A stretch of 64,000 nucleotides of DNA from a bacterium (GTDB lineage: Bacteria; Margulisbacteria; Marinamargulisbacteria; JABGVJ01), in NCBI GenBank assembly GCA_018646105.1, contig JABGVJ010000099.1:5387-69386 (forward strand), written 5' to 3'. The stretch's first letter is position 1. Every line of letters begins with the position of its first letter. Below are positions 37,596-47,875 of the stretch, one piece after another. The notes under the pieces are model-generated. The model saw only the letters and a program-made list of their open reading frames with translations. It was not told the DNA's origin and ran no database searches. The translations under genes and the position numbers were made by a program.

Positions 37596-39305
37596 GTGAA
37601 TAATAATTTGATCATTTCTGAACTAAAATCAGGATGGAAATCTTTTAAGAAAAAAAATATCTGTTTGCGATGGACCGGAAAGATAATTATAAATAATAAA
37701 TTTATGGATTCTCCAATAGAATTATATGATTTATTTGAAAAAATTAATTTTGACGATGATATAGCTATAAAAAAAATATTGGAAAGGCTTGATGGCTTTT
37801 TTACAATAATATATGAAACAGAAAATAATATAATAGCAATTAATGATCGTCTTCGTTCTTATCCAATTTATTTTTATCATAAAGCAAATCAATTATTTAT
37901 ATCAGATAACGCATATTTAATTAAAGAAAAATTCAATTTAAATATTCAAAATAATAATGGAAGTGTAGAATTTTTATTAAGCGGATACGTCACAGGAAAT
38001 GAAACTTTATATAAAGATTTATTACAATTATTACCAGGTCAATATTTGTCTTATGATAAAAAATTGCATAGATTTAAGATAAAGGAGTATTTTAAATATT
38101 ATCCAAATACTAATAATAATTTAGAACTAAGCTTAGAGAATAAAGTAAAAGAATATAAAGAATTAATATATAGTTCATTTGAAAGATTGAAAGATTATAT
38201 TATTAAAAATAAGTATCAGCCAATTATTCCGCTTAGTGGAGGAAGAGATTCTAGATTGATGGCTGTAATGTTAAAAGAAGTGGGGATAGAAAATTCTATA
38301 GCTTTTACTTATGGGACTAAAGAGCATAAAGAGGTTATTAAAAGTAAAGAAATAGCAGGGGAATTAGGGGTAGATTGGTTTTTTTGCTCTTATACAAAAG
38401 AAAAATGGCATAAAGAATATAATAATTCTATAGTAAAAAAATATTTTAATTATGCAGACGGGCTTTCTGTAAGACCACATGTCCTAGATTATATTGCAGT
38501 TAAAGAATTATTTTCAAAGAAAAAAGAAAAATTATTATTTTTGTCTGGACATAGTTTAGATTTTATAGCAGGTAGCCATATTCCTGCATCATTATTTATG
38601 TTAAACAAACCTTCAAAAAATAATTTATATGAAGCGATTTTAGCAAAACATTTTTCATTTCATTATATTTATAAAAAAGAACGAGCTATGCTTATCGAAA
38701 GAATAAGTTCTTCTCTAGATTTTTTGCCGCAAGCTACATTTGATGAAATTATTTCGGCTTTTGAATATTGGGATTGGCGCGAAAGGCAAGGAAAATTTAT
38801 TTTAAATGCACTTAATGTATATGATTTTTTTAATTTTGATTGGTATTTGCCTTTTTGGGAAAGGCAATGGATGAATTTTTTTATGCAATTACCTTGTGAA
38901 TGGCGTTATAAACAAAATTTTCAAAGATATGCTCTTCATAAATTATTTCCAAATTATTTTGAAAAAGAAGAATGGTTTTGTGAGAAAGAAACTAAAAAAG
39001 AAGAAATAAAGAGAAAATTTAAACGTAATCTCAAAAAAATTATTTTAAAAATACCATTGAGCTCATATTATTTCAGGAGAAATAATTATGCTGGTGTTGC
39101 TAGTAATTATGGGGTAGAAAGATATGGGGCATTTGATGTTAATGTTAACTCATTAGAAGAGTTTGCTAAAAAATATACTGCCGAAACAGATATAAGTAGA
39201 ATATTTTATTTTTTTACTTTGCACTATTTATTAAAAAACAATTTCAATTTAAATTTTTTAGATAGTAAATATAAGAAAATAATGGAATTAATAAATTATG
39301 AATAA
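37596..39305 (+). CDS. asparagine synthetase-like amide ligase
   Basis: LDGFF, DRLRSYPIY, PP-loop PLSGGRDSRL, ERQGKFI; no N-terminal Cys. Confidence 0.85.
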   Translation: MNNNLIISELKSGWKSFKKKNICLRWTGKIIINNKFMDSPIELYDLFEKINFDDDIAIKKILERLDGFFTIIYETENNIIAINDRLRSYPIYFYHKANQLFISDNAYLIKEKFNLNIQNNNGSVEFLLSGYVTGNETLYKDLLQLLPGQYLSYDKKLHRFKIKEYFKYYPNTNNNLELSLENKVKEYKELIYSSFERLKDYIIKNKYQPIIPLSGGRDSRLMAVMLKEVGIENSIAFTYGTKEHKEVIKSKEIAGELGVDWFFCSYTKEKWHKEYNNSIVKKYFNYADGLSVRPHVLDYIAVKELFSKKKEKLLFLSGHSLDFIAGSHIPASLFMLNKPSKNNLYEAILAKHFSFHYIYKKERAMLIERISSSLDFLPQATFDEIISAFEYWDWRERQGKFILNALNVYDFFNFDWYLPFWERQWMNFFMQLPCEWRYKQNFQRYALHKLFPNYFEKEEWFCEKETKKEEIKRKFKRNLKKIILKIPLSSYYFRRNNYAGVASNYGVERYGAFDVNVNSLEEFAKKYTAETDISRIFYFFTLHYLLKNNFNLNFLDSKYKKIMELINYE

Positions 39306-40557
39306 CCAAAAAGAAATAATAGTTATAGCCTTTAAATTTCCGCCAATGGGCGGAATTGGGAGCAGAAGATGGGCTAAATTTGTTAAATATTTGGCTAATA
39401 AAGGTTATATAGTTCATGTGATTACTATTAAATATTCCTATAAAGATAAGATTAATTGGACAAGAGATGTTGAAGATAATGAAAATATAATAATCCATCG
39501 GTTGCCATCTTGCTTTCCTGTTTTTTTCTTAAAAGAAAATAAAAGTAATTTATTATTGTTATTGGAAAAAATATTTAATAAGACTATAAAAAAGCTCTTT
39601 TTTTATTTAGATATAGCGCAGGGTTGGGAGAAAAAGTTAATTCCTTATGCAAGAAATTTGATTAGGGAGAAAAACATTAAAAATGTGATAGTCACAGGGC
39701 CGCCTAGTTCTTTACATTATATTGCTACCTATCTAAAAATTGAAAATCCGTTAATTAATTTAATTCAAGATTATAGAGACCTTTGGAATTGCGATATAGA
39801 TTATGAATATAAAACCACCTTAACTAACTTTAGACAAAAGGAGAAAGCTGCGTATATGGAGTTTTTTACGATTGCACATGCAGATAAAGTTGTTTTTATT
39901 ACAGAAGATGCAAAGAACATGATGGGTAATTTGTATAAAGAATTTTGTCATAAATTTTGTTGTATCTATAATGGTTTTGATCAAGACGATAAAAAAATAT
40001 TAGAAAATACTAAAGATATTTCGAGAAAATTCAATATGATATATACAGGTAATTTGGGTCTAGGCCGAGAAAAAACTTTGGTATTGTTAGCAAGAGCAAT
40101 CGCGGAATTAAATGATAGTTTTATTAATGATAATTTAATGATTGATGTTTATTCTACTTTAAACCTAAAGTATTATGTGAAAAATAAATATTATGATATT
40201 TTGCAAAAGAATTTTAGATTTCATACTAAAGTGGAGCAAAAGGAAGTGTTAAATATCACTAATGAATATTATGTTTGTTTATCAATTAATGCTCCTATTT
40301 ATCCTTATACTATTGGAGCTAAGATATTTGATTATATGTTGTTAAATAAAAGGATTTTTCATATTTCCGAATTAGGAGAATTTAGTAGGTTATTAAAATC
40401 CAAGAAACAGTTTGTCGCGGATTATAATTTGGATACAATAAAAGAACAATTGATAAAAATAAAAGCAGATTTTTTAGCAAATAAGCGAGATAAATTTGAT
40501 TATTCAGAATTCGATCTTGAAAGATTAGTTGGAAAATTTGAGGGCTTGTTGATATAA
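39298..40557 (+). CDS. glycosyltransferase (GT4-like)
   Basis: FPPMGGIGSRR, TGPP, DYRDLW, YTGNL, AKIFDY. Confidence 0.85.
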   Translation: MNNQKEIIVIAFKFPPMGGIGSRRWAKFVKYLANKGYIVHVITIKYSYKDKINWTRDVEDNENIIIHRLPSCFPVFFLKENKSNLLLLLEKIFNKTIKKLFFYLDIAQGWEKKLIPYARNLIREKNIKNVIVTGPPSSLHYIATYLKIENPLINLIQDYRDLWNCDIDYEYKTTLTNFRQKEKAAYMEFFTIAHADKVVFITEDAKNMMGNLYKEFCHKFCCIYNGFDQDDKKILENTKDISRKFNMIYTGNLGLGREKTLVLLARAIAELNDSFINDNLMIDVYSTLNLKYYVKNKYYDILQKNFRFHTKVEQKEVLNITNEYYVCLSINAPIYPYTIGAKIFDYMLLNKRIFHISELGEFSRLLKSKKQFVADYNLDTIKEQLIKIKADFLANKRDKFDYSEFDLERLVGKFEGLLI

Positions 40558-40571
40558 CTTGAAGGGAATAA

Positions 40572-41663
40572 TTGAATAAACAGTTTTTAATTGATATTTT
40601 TTTACCACCTTTTTTTGAAAAAAAAGAGTTCGATATTAAGAGGCTTAATAAATTAACTAATAAAAATTTTATTTATGCTTCTAAAGGTAGATATGCTTTT
40701 TACCATGCTTTGAAAGCATTAGCCCTTAAAGATAAAATTTTAGTACCTGTATACATTTGTAGATCTGTTTTAGAATCTTTGGAAATTTTAAAAATAACTC
40801 CGATATTTTATGATTTAGATAAAGAAGATTTAAATGCGAGCATAGATTCCATTAGATTTTTGGCGGAGAAATATAGTGTAAAAGCACTTTTAGTTGCAAG
40901 TATGTATGGCAATCCAGCAAATTTAGTTGAAATTGAAAGATATTGTAAGCAAAATAATATATTACTTATTGATGACGCAGCGCAGAGTTTTGGGGCTAAA
41001 TTAGATGAGCGGATGTTAGGAACTTTTGGTGACGCCGGCTTTTTTTCTTTTTCACCAGGTAAGCCTACCGCTGGGCATATGGGGGCTTTTTTTTGGACAA
41101 ATAATCCACAATATAGGTTTAAAAAAACAACACACAATTTTTTACATTTTTTGACTTATTTAGATTTCTATTTTAATCGTTTTAAAATTTATCAATATAG
41201 AAAGTATAAAATTTTTAATTTTTTTTCTTTATTAAAAAGAATATATGAAAAATATATTGATATTACTTTTGATAAAATGGAAAATTTTGAAGAAGAAATA
41301 CTAGGTGGGGTTTTAGAAGCAGCTATAGGTTCTAAGTTTGATTTTAGACAAAAATATGTCCAGGAATTTAAAGATAGATTTAGGGGAAATAGTTATTTTA
41401 GAGTTATTAGAAGTATTCGAGGGGAAGCTCGTCCTCATAAATTTGTGATAATGGCAAAAGGTGAAAATTTGGCAAAAGATTTAATGGTTTATTTAAAAGA
41501 TAATAAAATATATTGTTCTAATGGGTATCAATTATTGACCAATGATTTGCGTTACTTGCCAAATGCTGAGAAAATAAATAAGAGAATTATTGAAATTCCT
41601 ATTGAAAATAATCGGGGTAAAATGGATTATTTGTTTGAAATTTTGCAGAAATTTAGAGCCTAA
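40572..41663 (+). CDS. DegT/DnrJ/EryC1/StrS family PLP-dependent enzyme
   Basis: MYGNPA, IDDAAQSFGA, GTFGDAGFFSFSPGK (PLP lysine present). Confidence 0.85.
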   Translation: MNKQFLIDIFLPPFFEKKEFDIKRLNKLTNKNFIYASKGRYAFYHALKALALKDKILVPVYICRSVLESLEILKITPIFYDLDKEDLNASIDSIRFLAEKYSVKALLVASMYGNPANLVEIERYCKQNNILLIDDAAQSFGAKLDERMLGTFGDAGFFSFSPGKPTAGHMGAFFWTNNPQYRFKKTTHNFLHFLTYLDFYFNRFKIYQYRKYKIFNFFSLLKRIYEKYIDITFDKMENFEEEILGGVLEAAIGSKFDFRQKYVQEFKDRFRGNSYFRVIRSIRGEARPHKFVIMAKGENLAKDLMVYLKDNKIYCSNGYQLLTNDLRYLPNAEKINKRIIEIPIENNRGKMDYLFEILQKFRA

Positions 41664-41676
41664 AAAGGGATAAAAG

Positions 41677-43812
41677 ATGTTACAAGCAATAGTAAAAAAA
41701 GGTAAAGTTTTTGCTGAGAAAGTTTCTGCACCAGTTGTATCTAAAAATATGGTTTTAATAAAAGTAGTGAATAGTTGTATTTCAGCTGGAACTGAAATTA
41801 GCGGAGTTAAAGATAGTGGGACATCCCTAATTAAAAAGGTTTTAGACAAGCCGGAGCAATTAGCAAAGGTCGTGGATATGGTTAGACAGCAAGGATTTTG
41901 GGATACATATGAAAAGATTAAAGGGAAATTAGAGATAGGTGTGCCTACAGGATATTCGATTTCTGGGGTTGTTATGGGAGTGGGCGAAGGTGTGTCTGGA
42001 TTTAAAACCGGAGATGAAGTAGCGGCCGCAGGTGCGGGATTAGCTAATCATGCTGAATATGTAAATATTCCAGAAAATTTGGTGATGAAAATGCCTAAAG
42101 GAATGAACTTTAAAGAAGCATCTACAGTGACTTTGGGTGGGATAGCAATGCAGGGAGTGAGAAGAGTAGATTTGAGATTGGGGGAATATGCGGTTGTGGT
42201 TGGGGCTGGTATTTTAGGGCTTTTAAGCATCCAGATGTTAAAGTTAGCGGGAGTTAGGGTAGCAGTAATTGATTTAGATGAAAAAAGGCTAGAGATTGCT
42301 AAGGAATTAGGAGCTGAAATAATTTTAGATCCGGTTAAGACAGATACGGTGAAAGAAATTGAAAATTGGGCTAATGGATATGGGGCGGATGCCGTTTTGT
42401 TTACAGCGGCGACTTCTAGTAATGAACCATTATCCCAAGCTTTTCAAATGTGTAGAAAAAAAGGGAAAGTGGTTCTAGTAGGTGTGTCTGGAATGGAAAT
42501 TAAAAGAGAAGATATTTATGCTAAGGAACTTGATTTCCAAGTTTCTACCTCATATGGTCCTGGAAGGTATGATAAAAATTATGAAGAAAAAGGTCTTGAT
42601 TATCCATATGCTTATGTGAGGTGGACGGAAAATCGTAATATGAGAGAATATTTAAGGCTAGTACGAGATGGACATATTAAATTAGATAAAATGATTAATG
42701 CGGTTTATCCAATAGAGAAAGTAACTGAAGCATTTGAATCTTTGCAGGATAAGGCGAATAAACCGTTAATGGTTATTTTGGATTATGGACAGGTAGATAA
42801 AGAAAAAATTAATAGTTATTTAAAACAGGATAGAAAAATTTTTGTAAATAATATACCACTTAAAAAAGACATTATAAATGTGGCGCTTGTGGGAGCAGGT
42901 GGGTTTGCTACCGGAATGCATTTACCTAATATACGAAAGTTGAAAGATAAATATAGATTATATTGTGTAATGAACAGAACAGGGCATAAAGCAAAAGCTG
43001 TAGCTGAACAATATAAAGCGAATTATGCAACCACGAATTATGAAGATGTATTGAAAGATAAAAATGTAGATTTAGTGTTAATAGCTACCAGGCATGACAG
43101 TCACGCAGATTTAACAATAAAGGCGCTGAAAGCAGGTAAACATGTTTTTGTAGAAAAACCTTTAGCAACCACGCAAGAGGAATTGGAAAGAATAATTGCT
43201 TTTTATGACAGTAACGAATTTAAGTGCAAGCCAGTTTTGTTAACGGGCTTTAACAGAAGGTTTAGTAAATATGCACAAGAAATAAAGAAATATACAGATA
43301 AAAGGATAAACCCTTTATTTATTAGTTATAGAATGAATGCTGGTTTTATACCTTTGGATCATTGGGTACATGAAGATGGCGGTAGAATTGTAGGTGAAGG
43401 ATGTCATATTATTGATTTGATGAGTTTCTTTACAGGATCTAAGATAGTTTCTATTAGTTGCGAAGAAATAACTCCAGTAAATGAGGCAATCAGTTTTAGT
43501 GATAATAAAGCGATTATATTGAAATATGAAGATGGTTCTGTAGCTAATATTAATTATTTTGCTATTGGTAGTAAAGAATATCCTAAAGAGTATATGGAAG
43601 TGCATTTTGATCAAAAAACAATTGTGCTTGATGATTATAAAGCATTGAAAGGATATGGTGTTAAAATTAAAGAAATAACAACAGCCCAAAGTGAAAAAGG
43701 TCAGTTTGAAGAGTTGGAAAGATTATACGAAATATTAAGAGGAGATAAGCAAGATTGGCCTATAGAGTTGTGGGATATGGAGCAGACAACGAGGGTGGGG
43801 ACTTTTAAATGA
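41677..43812 (+). CDS. bi-domain oxidoreductase (Zn-ADH-like + Gfo/Idh/MocA)
   Basis: SCISAGTE, SYGPGRYD, YVRWTENRN, GAGGFA, HVFVEKP, GFNRRF, GEGCHIID. Confidence 0.93.
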   Translation: MLQAIVKKGKVFAEKVSAPVVSKNMVLIKVVNSCISAGTEISGVKDSGTSLIKKVLDKPEQLAKVVDMVRQQGFWDTYEKIKGKLEIGVPTGYSISGVVMGVGEGVSGFKTGDEVAAAGAGLANHAEYVNIPENLVMKMPKGMNFKEASTVTLGGIAMQGVRRVDLRLGEYAVVVGAGILGLLSIQMLKLAGVRVAVIDLDEKRLEIAKELGAEIILDPVKTDTVKEIENWANGYGADAVLFTAATSSNEPLSQAFQMCRKKGKVVLVGVSGMEIKREDIYAKELDFQVSTSYGPGRYDKNYEEKGLDYPYAYVRWTENRNMREYLRLVRDGHIKLDKMINAVYPIEKVTEAFESLQDKANKPLMVILDYGQVDKEKINSYLKQDRKIFVNNIPLKKDIINVALVGAGGFATGMHLPNIRKLKDKYRLYCVMNRTGHKAKAVAEQYKANYATTNYEDVLKDKNVDLVLIATRHDSHADLTIKALKAGKHVFVEKPLATTQEELERIIAFYDSNEFKCKPVLLTGFNRRFSKYAQEIKKYTDKRINPLFISYRMNAGFIPLDHWVHEDGGRIVGEGCHIIDLMSFFTGSKIVSISCEEITPVNEAISFSDNKAIILKYEDGSVANINYFAIGSKEYPKEYMEVHFDQKTIVLDDYKALKGYGVKIKEITTAQSEKGQFEELERLYEILRGDKQDWPIELWDMEQTTRVGTFK

Positions 43813-44234
43813 ATATAGGCGTTAATTTGAAAGTTTTTTTAATAAAGATGGGAAAGCAGTTTGTTAAATTTTCTATTAATGGGGGGTTTTGTGCAGGTGT
43901 TGAATTTTTAGGGTTTTGGTTTTTTATATATTTTGGAAAAAATTATATGGTTTCTCAAATTTTTTCGTATAGTATTAGTATGTCGCTAAATTTCATTTTA
44001 AATCGATTTTGGACCTTTTCGTTACGAGCGGAGATTAAACAATTAGAAGCTTTTAAATTTTTAGTAGTGAATATAATAACTATGGTATCAATGCTTTTTT
44101 TAATATATATTTTTAAGGATAGAATGAATTTAAATTTATTTGCTAGTAAGATTTTAGCTACAAGTATTTTGATGTTTTTTAATTTTTTTTGCTATAAATT
44201 TTGGGTTTTTAAAAGAAATTTTGTAGAAGGGTAA
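43809..44234 (+). CDS. GtrA family membrane protein
   Basis: small 4-TM protein; QFVKF, NFILNRFWTF, YKFWVF. Confidence 0.9.
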   Translation: MNIGVNLKVFLIKMGKQFVKFSINGGFCAGVEFLGFWFFIYFGKNYMVSQIFSYSISMSLNFILNRFWTFSLRAEIKQLEAFKFLVVNIITMVSMLFLIYIFKDRMNLNLFASKILATSILMFFNFFCYKFWVFKRNFVEG

Positions 44235-45440
44235 ATGTTTATGTTTTCTTTACAAACTAAAAAGTCTATGGCAAAGGCTTTATTAACAAAAAATTCTCCT
44301 TTTTATATTCAATTTTATATTTCTAAATATTGTCATTTAAAATGTAAAATGTGTAATATTGTGGAAGCTAATGCAGATGTTACGCCTTTTAAAAAAGAAC
44401 ATATAGAAAAAATAGCAGATAATTTAGTTAAAATAGGGGCAGGTGTGATCCTTTTGACAGGAGGAGAACCTTTTTTACGGCCAGATATTGATGAAATTGT
44501 GAGGGTTTTTAAAAGCAAAAATTTAGATGTGAGAATGCAAACAGCTGGATTAATTGAACAAAAAGCAAAAATTGAAAAATGTGTGGAAAATGGAGCGAGA
44601 GATATAAATATTAGTTTAGATTCTTTAGATGAAAATTTATCTGATTATATTAATGGAGTGAAAGGTTCTTGGAAAAAGGCTATACAATCTATTTCTTTAG
44701 TGTCTAAAACGTTTCCCAAAAAAGATTCTGTGTGTGCGCTTGGTTGTGTTTTGTCTAATTATAATATAGATGAAATTGAAGCAGTTTTGGAATTTGCTAC
44801 TAAGATTGGTTGGTGGCTATCATTAGTACCAGTACATATTAATGAAGAAGACTACCCCTTGAATTTTAGAGGTTATGATAAATATTTTAAAATTCCGGAA
44901 AGCAAATTTTTTCAATTAAAAGCTTTAATTGAAAGATTGAAAAAGAAAAAAAGAGCAGGATTTAATTTGTTTGATTCAGATGATTATTTGGATTCTATTT
45001 ATCATTTTATAACAACTGGACATCCTAATTGGCGGCACAAAGGCGTTTGCGATACTCCTAATTTGTATTTTGTTATATTACCCGATGGTAGGTTTGCTCC
45101 TTGTTGTGATTATAGGTTTGACGAGGATATTTATGTGTATGATGAAGATTTTCCTGAAATTTATAAAAGTAAAGGATTTAGAAAAAAAATAAAAGCAATT
45201 GCGAAAAAATGTCCAGGGTGTAATTTTGGCAGTTTTCCGGAAATGACTTTGTCAGCAAGGTCTTTTTCAACAATTAAGGAACGTATTTTGTTACAAAGCA
45301 AAGCAAAAAAAGCTGGTTTAAGACCATTGCAAGAGAAAGCAGTTTTAGAGATTATTGCGAATATTAAAGGAAAATATGAGATTTATCATAAAAAAAATTA
45401 TTCTAAATTTAGAGATAAAAAAGTATGTATCAAAAATTAA
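44235..45440 (+). CDS. radical SAM protein with SPASM/twitch-like C-terminus
   Basis: CHLKCKMC, TGGEPFLR, ISLDSL, C-terminal C...PCC...CPGC. Confidence 0.9.
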   Translation: MFMFSLQTKKSMAKALLTKNSPFYIQFYISKYCHLKCKMCNIVEANADVTPFKKEHIEKIADNLVKIGAGVILLTGGEPFLRPDIDEIVRVFKSKNLDVRMQTAGLIEQKAKIEKCVENGARDINISLDSLDENLSDYINGVKGSWKKAIQSISLVSKTFPKKDSVCALGCVLSNYNIDEIEAVLEFATKIGWWLSLVPVHINEEDYPLNFRGYDKYFKIPESKFFQLKALIERLKKKKRAGFNLFDSDDYLDSIYHFITTGHPNWRHKGVCDTPNLYFVILPDGRFAPCCDYRFDEDIYVYDEDFPEIYKSKGFRKKIKAIAKKCPGCNFGSFPEMTLSARSFSTIKERILLQSKAKKAGLRPLQEKAVLEIIANIKGKYEIYHKKNYSKFRDKKVCIKN

Positions 45441-47866
45441 CCTCTATCATTAAATATATTAAAAATAAAGAAGTGTCTTTTGCACAGGCTGTAATAAAGC
45501 ATTATATAGTGCCTCAAGATGTTTTGGTTAAGAATATACCATCGGATGCGGTGGTATTAGATATAGGATGTGGAGAGGGAATTTTACTAAATGTTGTTGG
45601 GTATATGTTGTCTAAAAGTAAATGTATAGGTATTGATATTGATCGAAAAAAAATAGATATAGCTAAAAGAAATGCTAATCAAAATGTGGAGTTTAGGTGC
45701 CAGAATTTTTTTGACTTGGATTCTGATTTTAAAGTTGATGTAGTAATCATGAATGATTTTGTGCATCATTTTTCTTATTCTAAACAATTAGAGCTAATGG
45801 ATAACGTTGTAAGAAGAATTAAGCCAGGTGGTAAATTATTTTTAAAGGAAGTAGATCAATTAGATAAGCTAGATAGGGGTGTAACTACGTTTTTTGATAA
45901 AAAGCTTTATCCTAATGATGATTTATCTTATAGAACGAAAGATGAATGGTTAGTTTTTTTAAAGAGGTTAGGGATAACAAATGTTAAGGTAGAAAAAATA
46001 AAAAAAATGTGGCCGGCATCTAATACTTTATTGATAGCTAAATTACCGTTAGATAGAGATGTCGGATATGTTGATAATACAAAAAAAATTCAAGAAAGAA
46101 CGTTAGCTGCTAGAAAAAATAAACTAAAAACGGTTTTTGTAACAGGGGCAACAGGGTTTATTGGTAAATATGTTATAGACTATCTTTTAGAAAAAGGAAT
46201 GGCTGGAAATTCTGTAAGCTTAGTTTTGTTAACTAGAAATATGGATAACATTCCCAAAAAATATTTACATAATGAAAATATTGAGTGGCTAGTAGGGGAT
46301 TTGCATGATATGGAGCCACTTAAAGAATGTTTAGTGGAAATCGATTATGTTTTTCATTTAGCTGCAGAGGTTAAATTTTTTAAAGGTGCGGATGTTTGGA
46401 AAAATAATTATTACGGTACACTTTGTTTACTAGAAGCTTTAAAGGAAGTGAAGATAGAGCGATTTGTATTTGCAAGTACGATAGGCGCTTTTGATCGATT
46501 ACCGTCAGACTCTTGTACTCAACCATTAGATGAAAAGGCCGAGCCTAATCCGTTATCGGAATACGGTAAGTCAAAACTTGAAGCAGAAAGAGCGGTTAGA
46601 AATTCTGGTTTGAATTATACTATCGTGAGGATTCCTTGGGCGTATGGGAAAGGAATGACGCCGGATACCCATGTTAGAAATTTGATGCAGGCAGTGTATC
46701 AAAAGAAAATAGCTACCTGGTTTAATTTCCCAGGTAAAGTAAGTATAGTTGCAGCTCGAGATTTAGCAAGAGCTTTCATTTTTTTAGCAGAAAATAAGAA
46801 AGCTTTAAATGAGATATATTTTGTAACTGATGGGCAACCTGTTTCTTTAGGTGATTTATTTAAATTAATGGGAGATATTATTGGGACAAAAGCTGGATTT
46901 ATAAATATACCTAAAATTATTACTAAAATAGCACAGAGATTAAGGCGTTTTTTTCCCTTAGTTATTCAAAATTTAAATAGTGATGTTTTAACTGCTACAA
47001 ATGAAAAGGTTTTTAATGTTGGGTTTCAGATTGAAACTAGTAAAAGAGAAGGTTTACAGATTTTAGCGGAAGATGTCGGTATATTATCATCGGTTTTAAG
47101 AGAAAATGAAAAGCTGATAACTATTGTAACCGGAGCAGCCTCTGGTATCGGCAAGGCTTTGGCATCTAAGTTATCAGAATTAGGGCATCGCTTATTATTG
47201 ATAGATGTTCAAAAAATTAATGTTGAAAATTTTTCTAATCAGGTAAGGGTGGATTTTTTAAATTTAGATCTAACTAAAGTAGAATCATTAAATTTTATAG
47301 CAGATTATTTACAGAAAAATAAATATGTGGTGGACTGGGTTTTTAACAATGCAGGTATTGGCATACGAGGAGAGTTTGCAGAATTGAAATTTGAAGCACA
47401 GAAAAAAGTAATAGATTTGAATTGCGTGGTGCCTACTTTTTTATCTCATTTAGCTTTAAATCATTTTAAAAAATTTAATAGAGGTAGAATTATTAATATA
47501 GCCTCTTCTTCTGCTGTACAACCTCTTCCTTTGATGAGTGTTTATGCGGCCTCTAAATCTTATATTAAATCTTTTACGGAAAGTATAACCGGAGAAATGT
47601 TGGCTAAAAAAAATATTAGAATAACGACTGTTATTCCTTCTGGTACAGATACGGGGTTTCAAAAGGCTTCTGGTGTTAAAAAGAATGAAAATGAAAAATT
47701 GATGTCGGCAGAAGAAGTTTCTCGAAAAATTATAGATGCTGTTTTTAAAAATAAAAATATTGTTTACGTTGGTTTTCTAGGTAAAATAATGGCGATTTTA
47801 GCGAATATTTTACCGATTAATTGGCAAATTAAACTATGGTATACATTAATGAAAAAAATGAGGTGA
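45425..47866 (+). CDS. three-domain fusion: SAM methyltransferase + NAD-dependent epimerase/dehydratase + classical SDR
   Basis: LDIGCGEG; VTGATGFIG...HLAA...YGKSK; VTGAASGIG...NNAG...YAASK. Confidence 0.88.
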   Translation: MYQKLTSIIKYIKNKEVSFAQAVIKHYIVPQDVLVKNIPSDAVVLDIGCGEGILLNVVGYMLSKSKCIGIDIDRKKIDIAKRNANQNVEFRCQNFFDLDSDFKVDVVIMNDFVHHFSYSKQLELMDNVVRRIKPGGKLFLKEVDQLDKLDRGVTTFFDKKLYPNDDLSYRTKDEWLVFLKRLGITNVKVEKIKKMWPASNTLLIAKLPLDRDVGYVDNTKKIQERTLAARKNKLKTVFVTGATGFIGKYVIDYLLEKGMAGNSVSLVLLTRNMDNIPKKYLHNENIEWLVGDLHDMEPLKECLVEIDYVFHLAAEVKFFKGADVWKNNYYGTLCLLEALKEVKIERFVFASTIGAFDRLPSDSCTQPLDEKAEPNPLSEYGKSKLEAERAVRNSGLNYTIVRIPWAYGKGMTPDTHVRNLMQAVYQKKIATWFNFPGKVSIVAARDLARAFIFLAENKKALNEIYFVTDGQPVSLGDLFKLMGDIIGTKAGFINIPKIITKIAQRLRRFFPLVIQNLNSDVLTATNEKVFNVGFQIETSKREGLQILAEDVGILSSVLRENEKLITIVTGAASGIGKALASKLSELGHRLLLIDVQKINVENFSNQVRVDFLNLDLTKVESLNFIADYLQKNKYVVDWVFNNAGIGIRGEFAELKFEAQKKVIDLNCVVPTFLSHLALNHFKKFNRGRIINIASSSAVQPLPLMSVYAASKSYIKSFTESITGEMLAKKNIRITTVIPSGTDTGFQKASGVKKNENEKLMSAEEVSRKIIDAVFKNKNIVYVGFLGKIMAILANILPINWQIKLWYTLMKKMR

Positions 47867-47875
47867 TCAAGTTCT

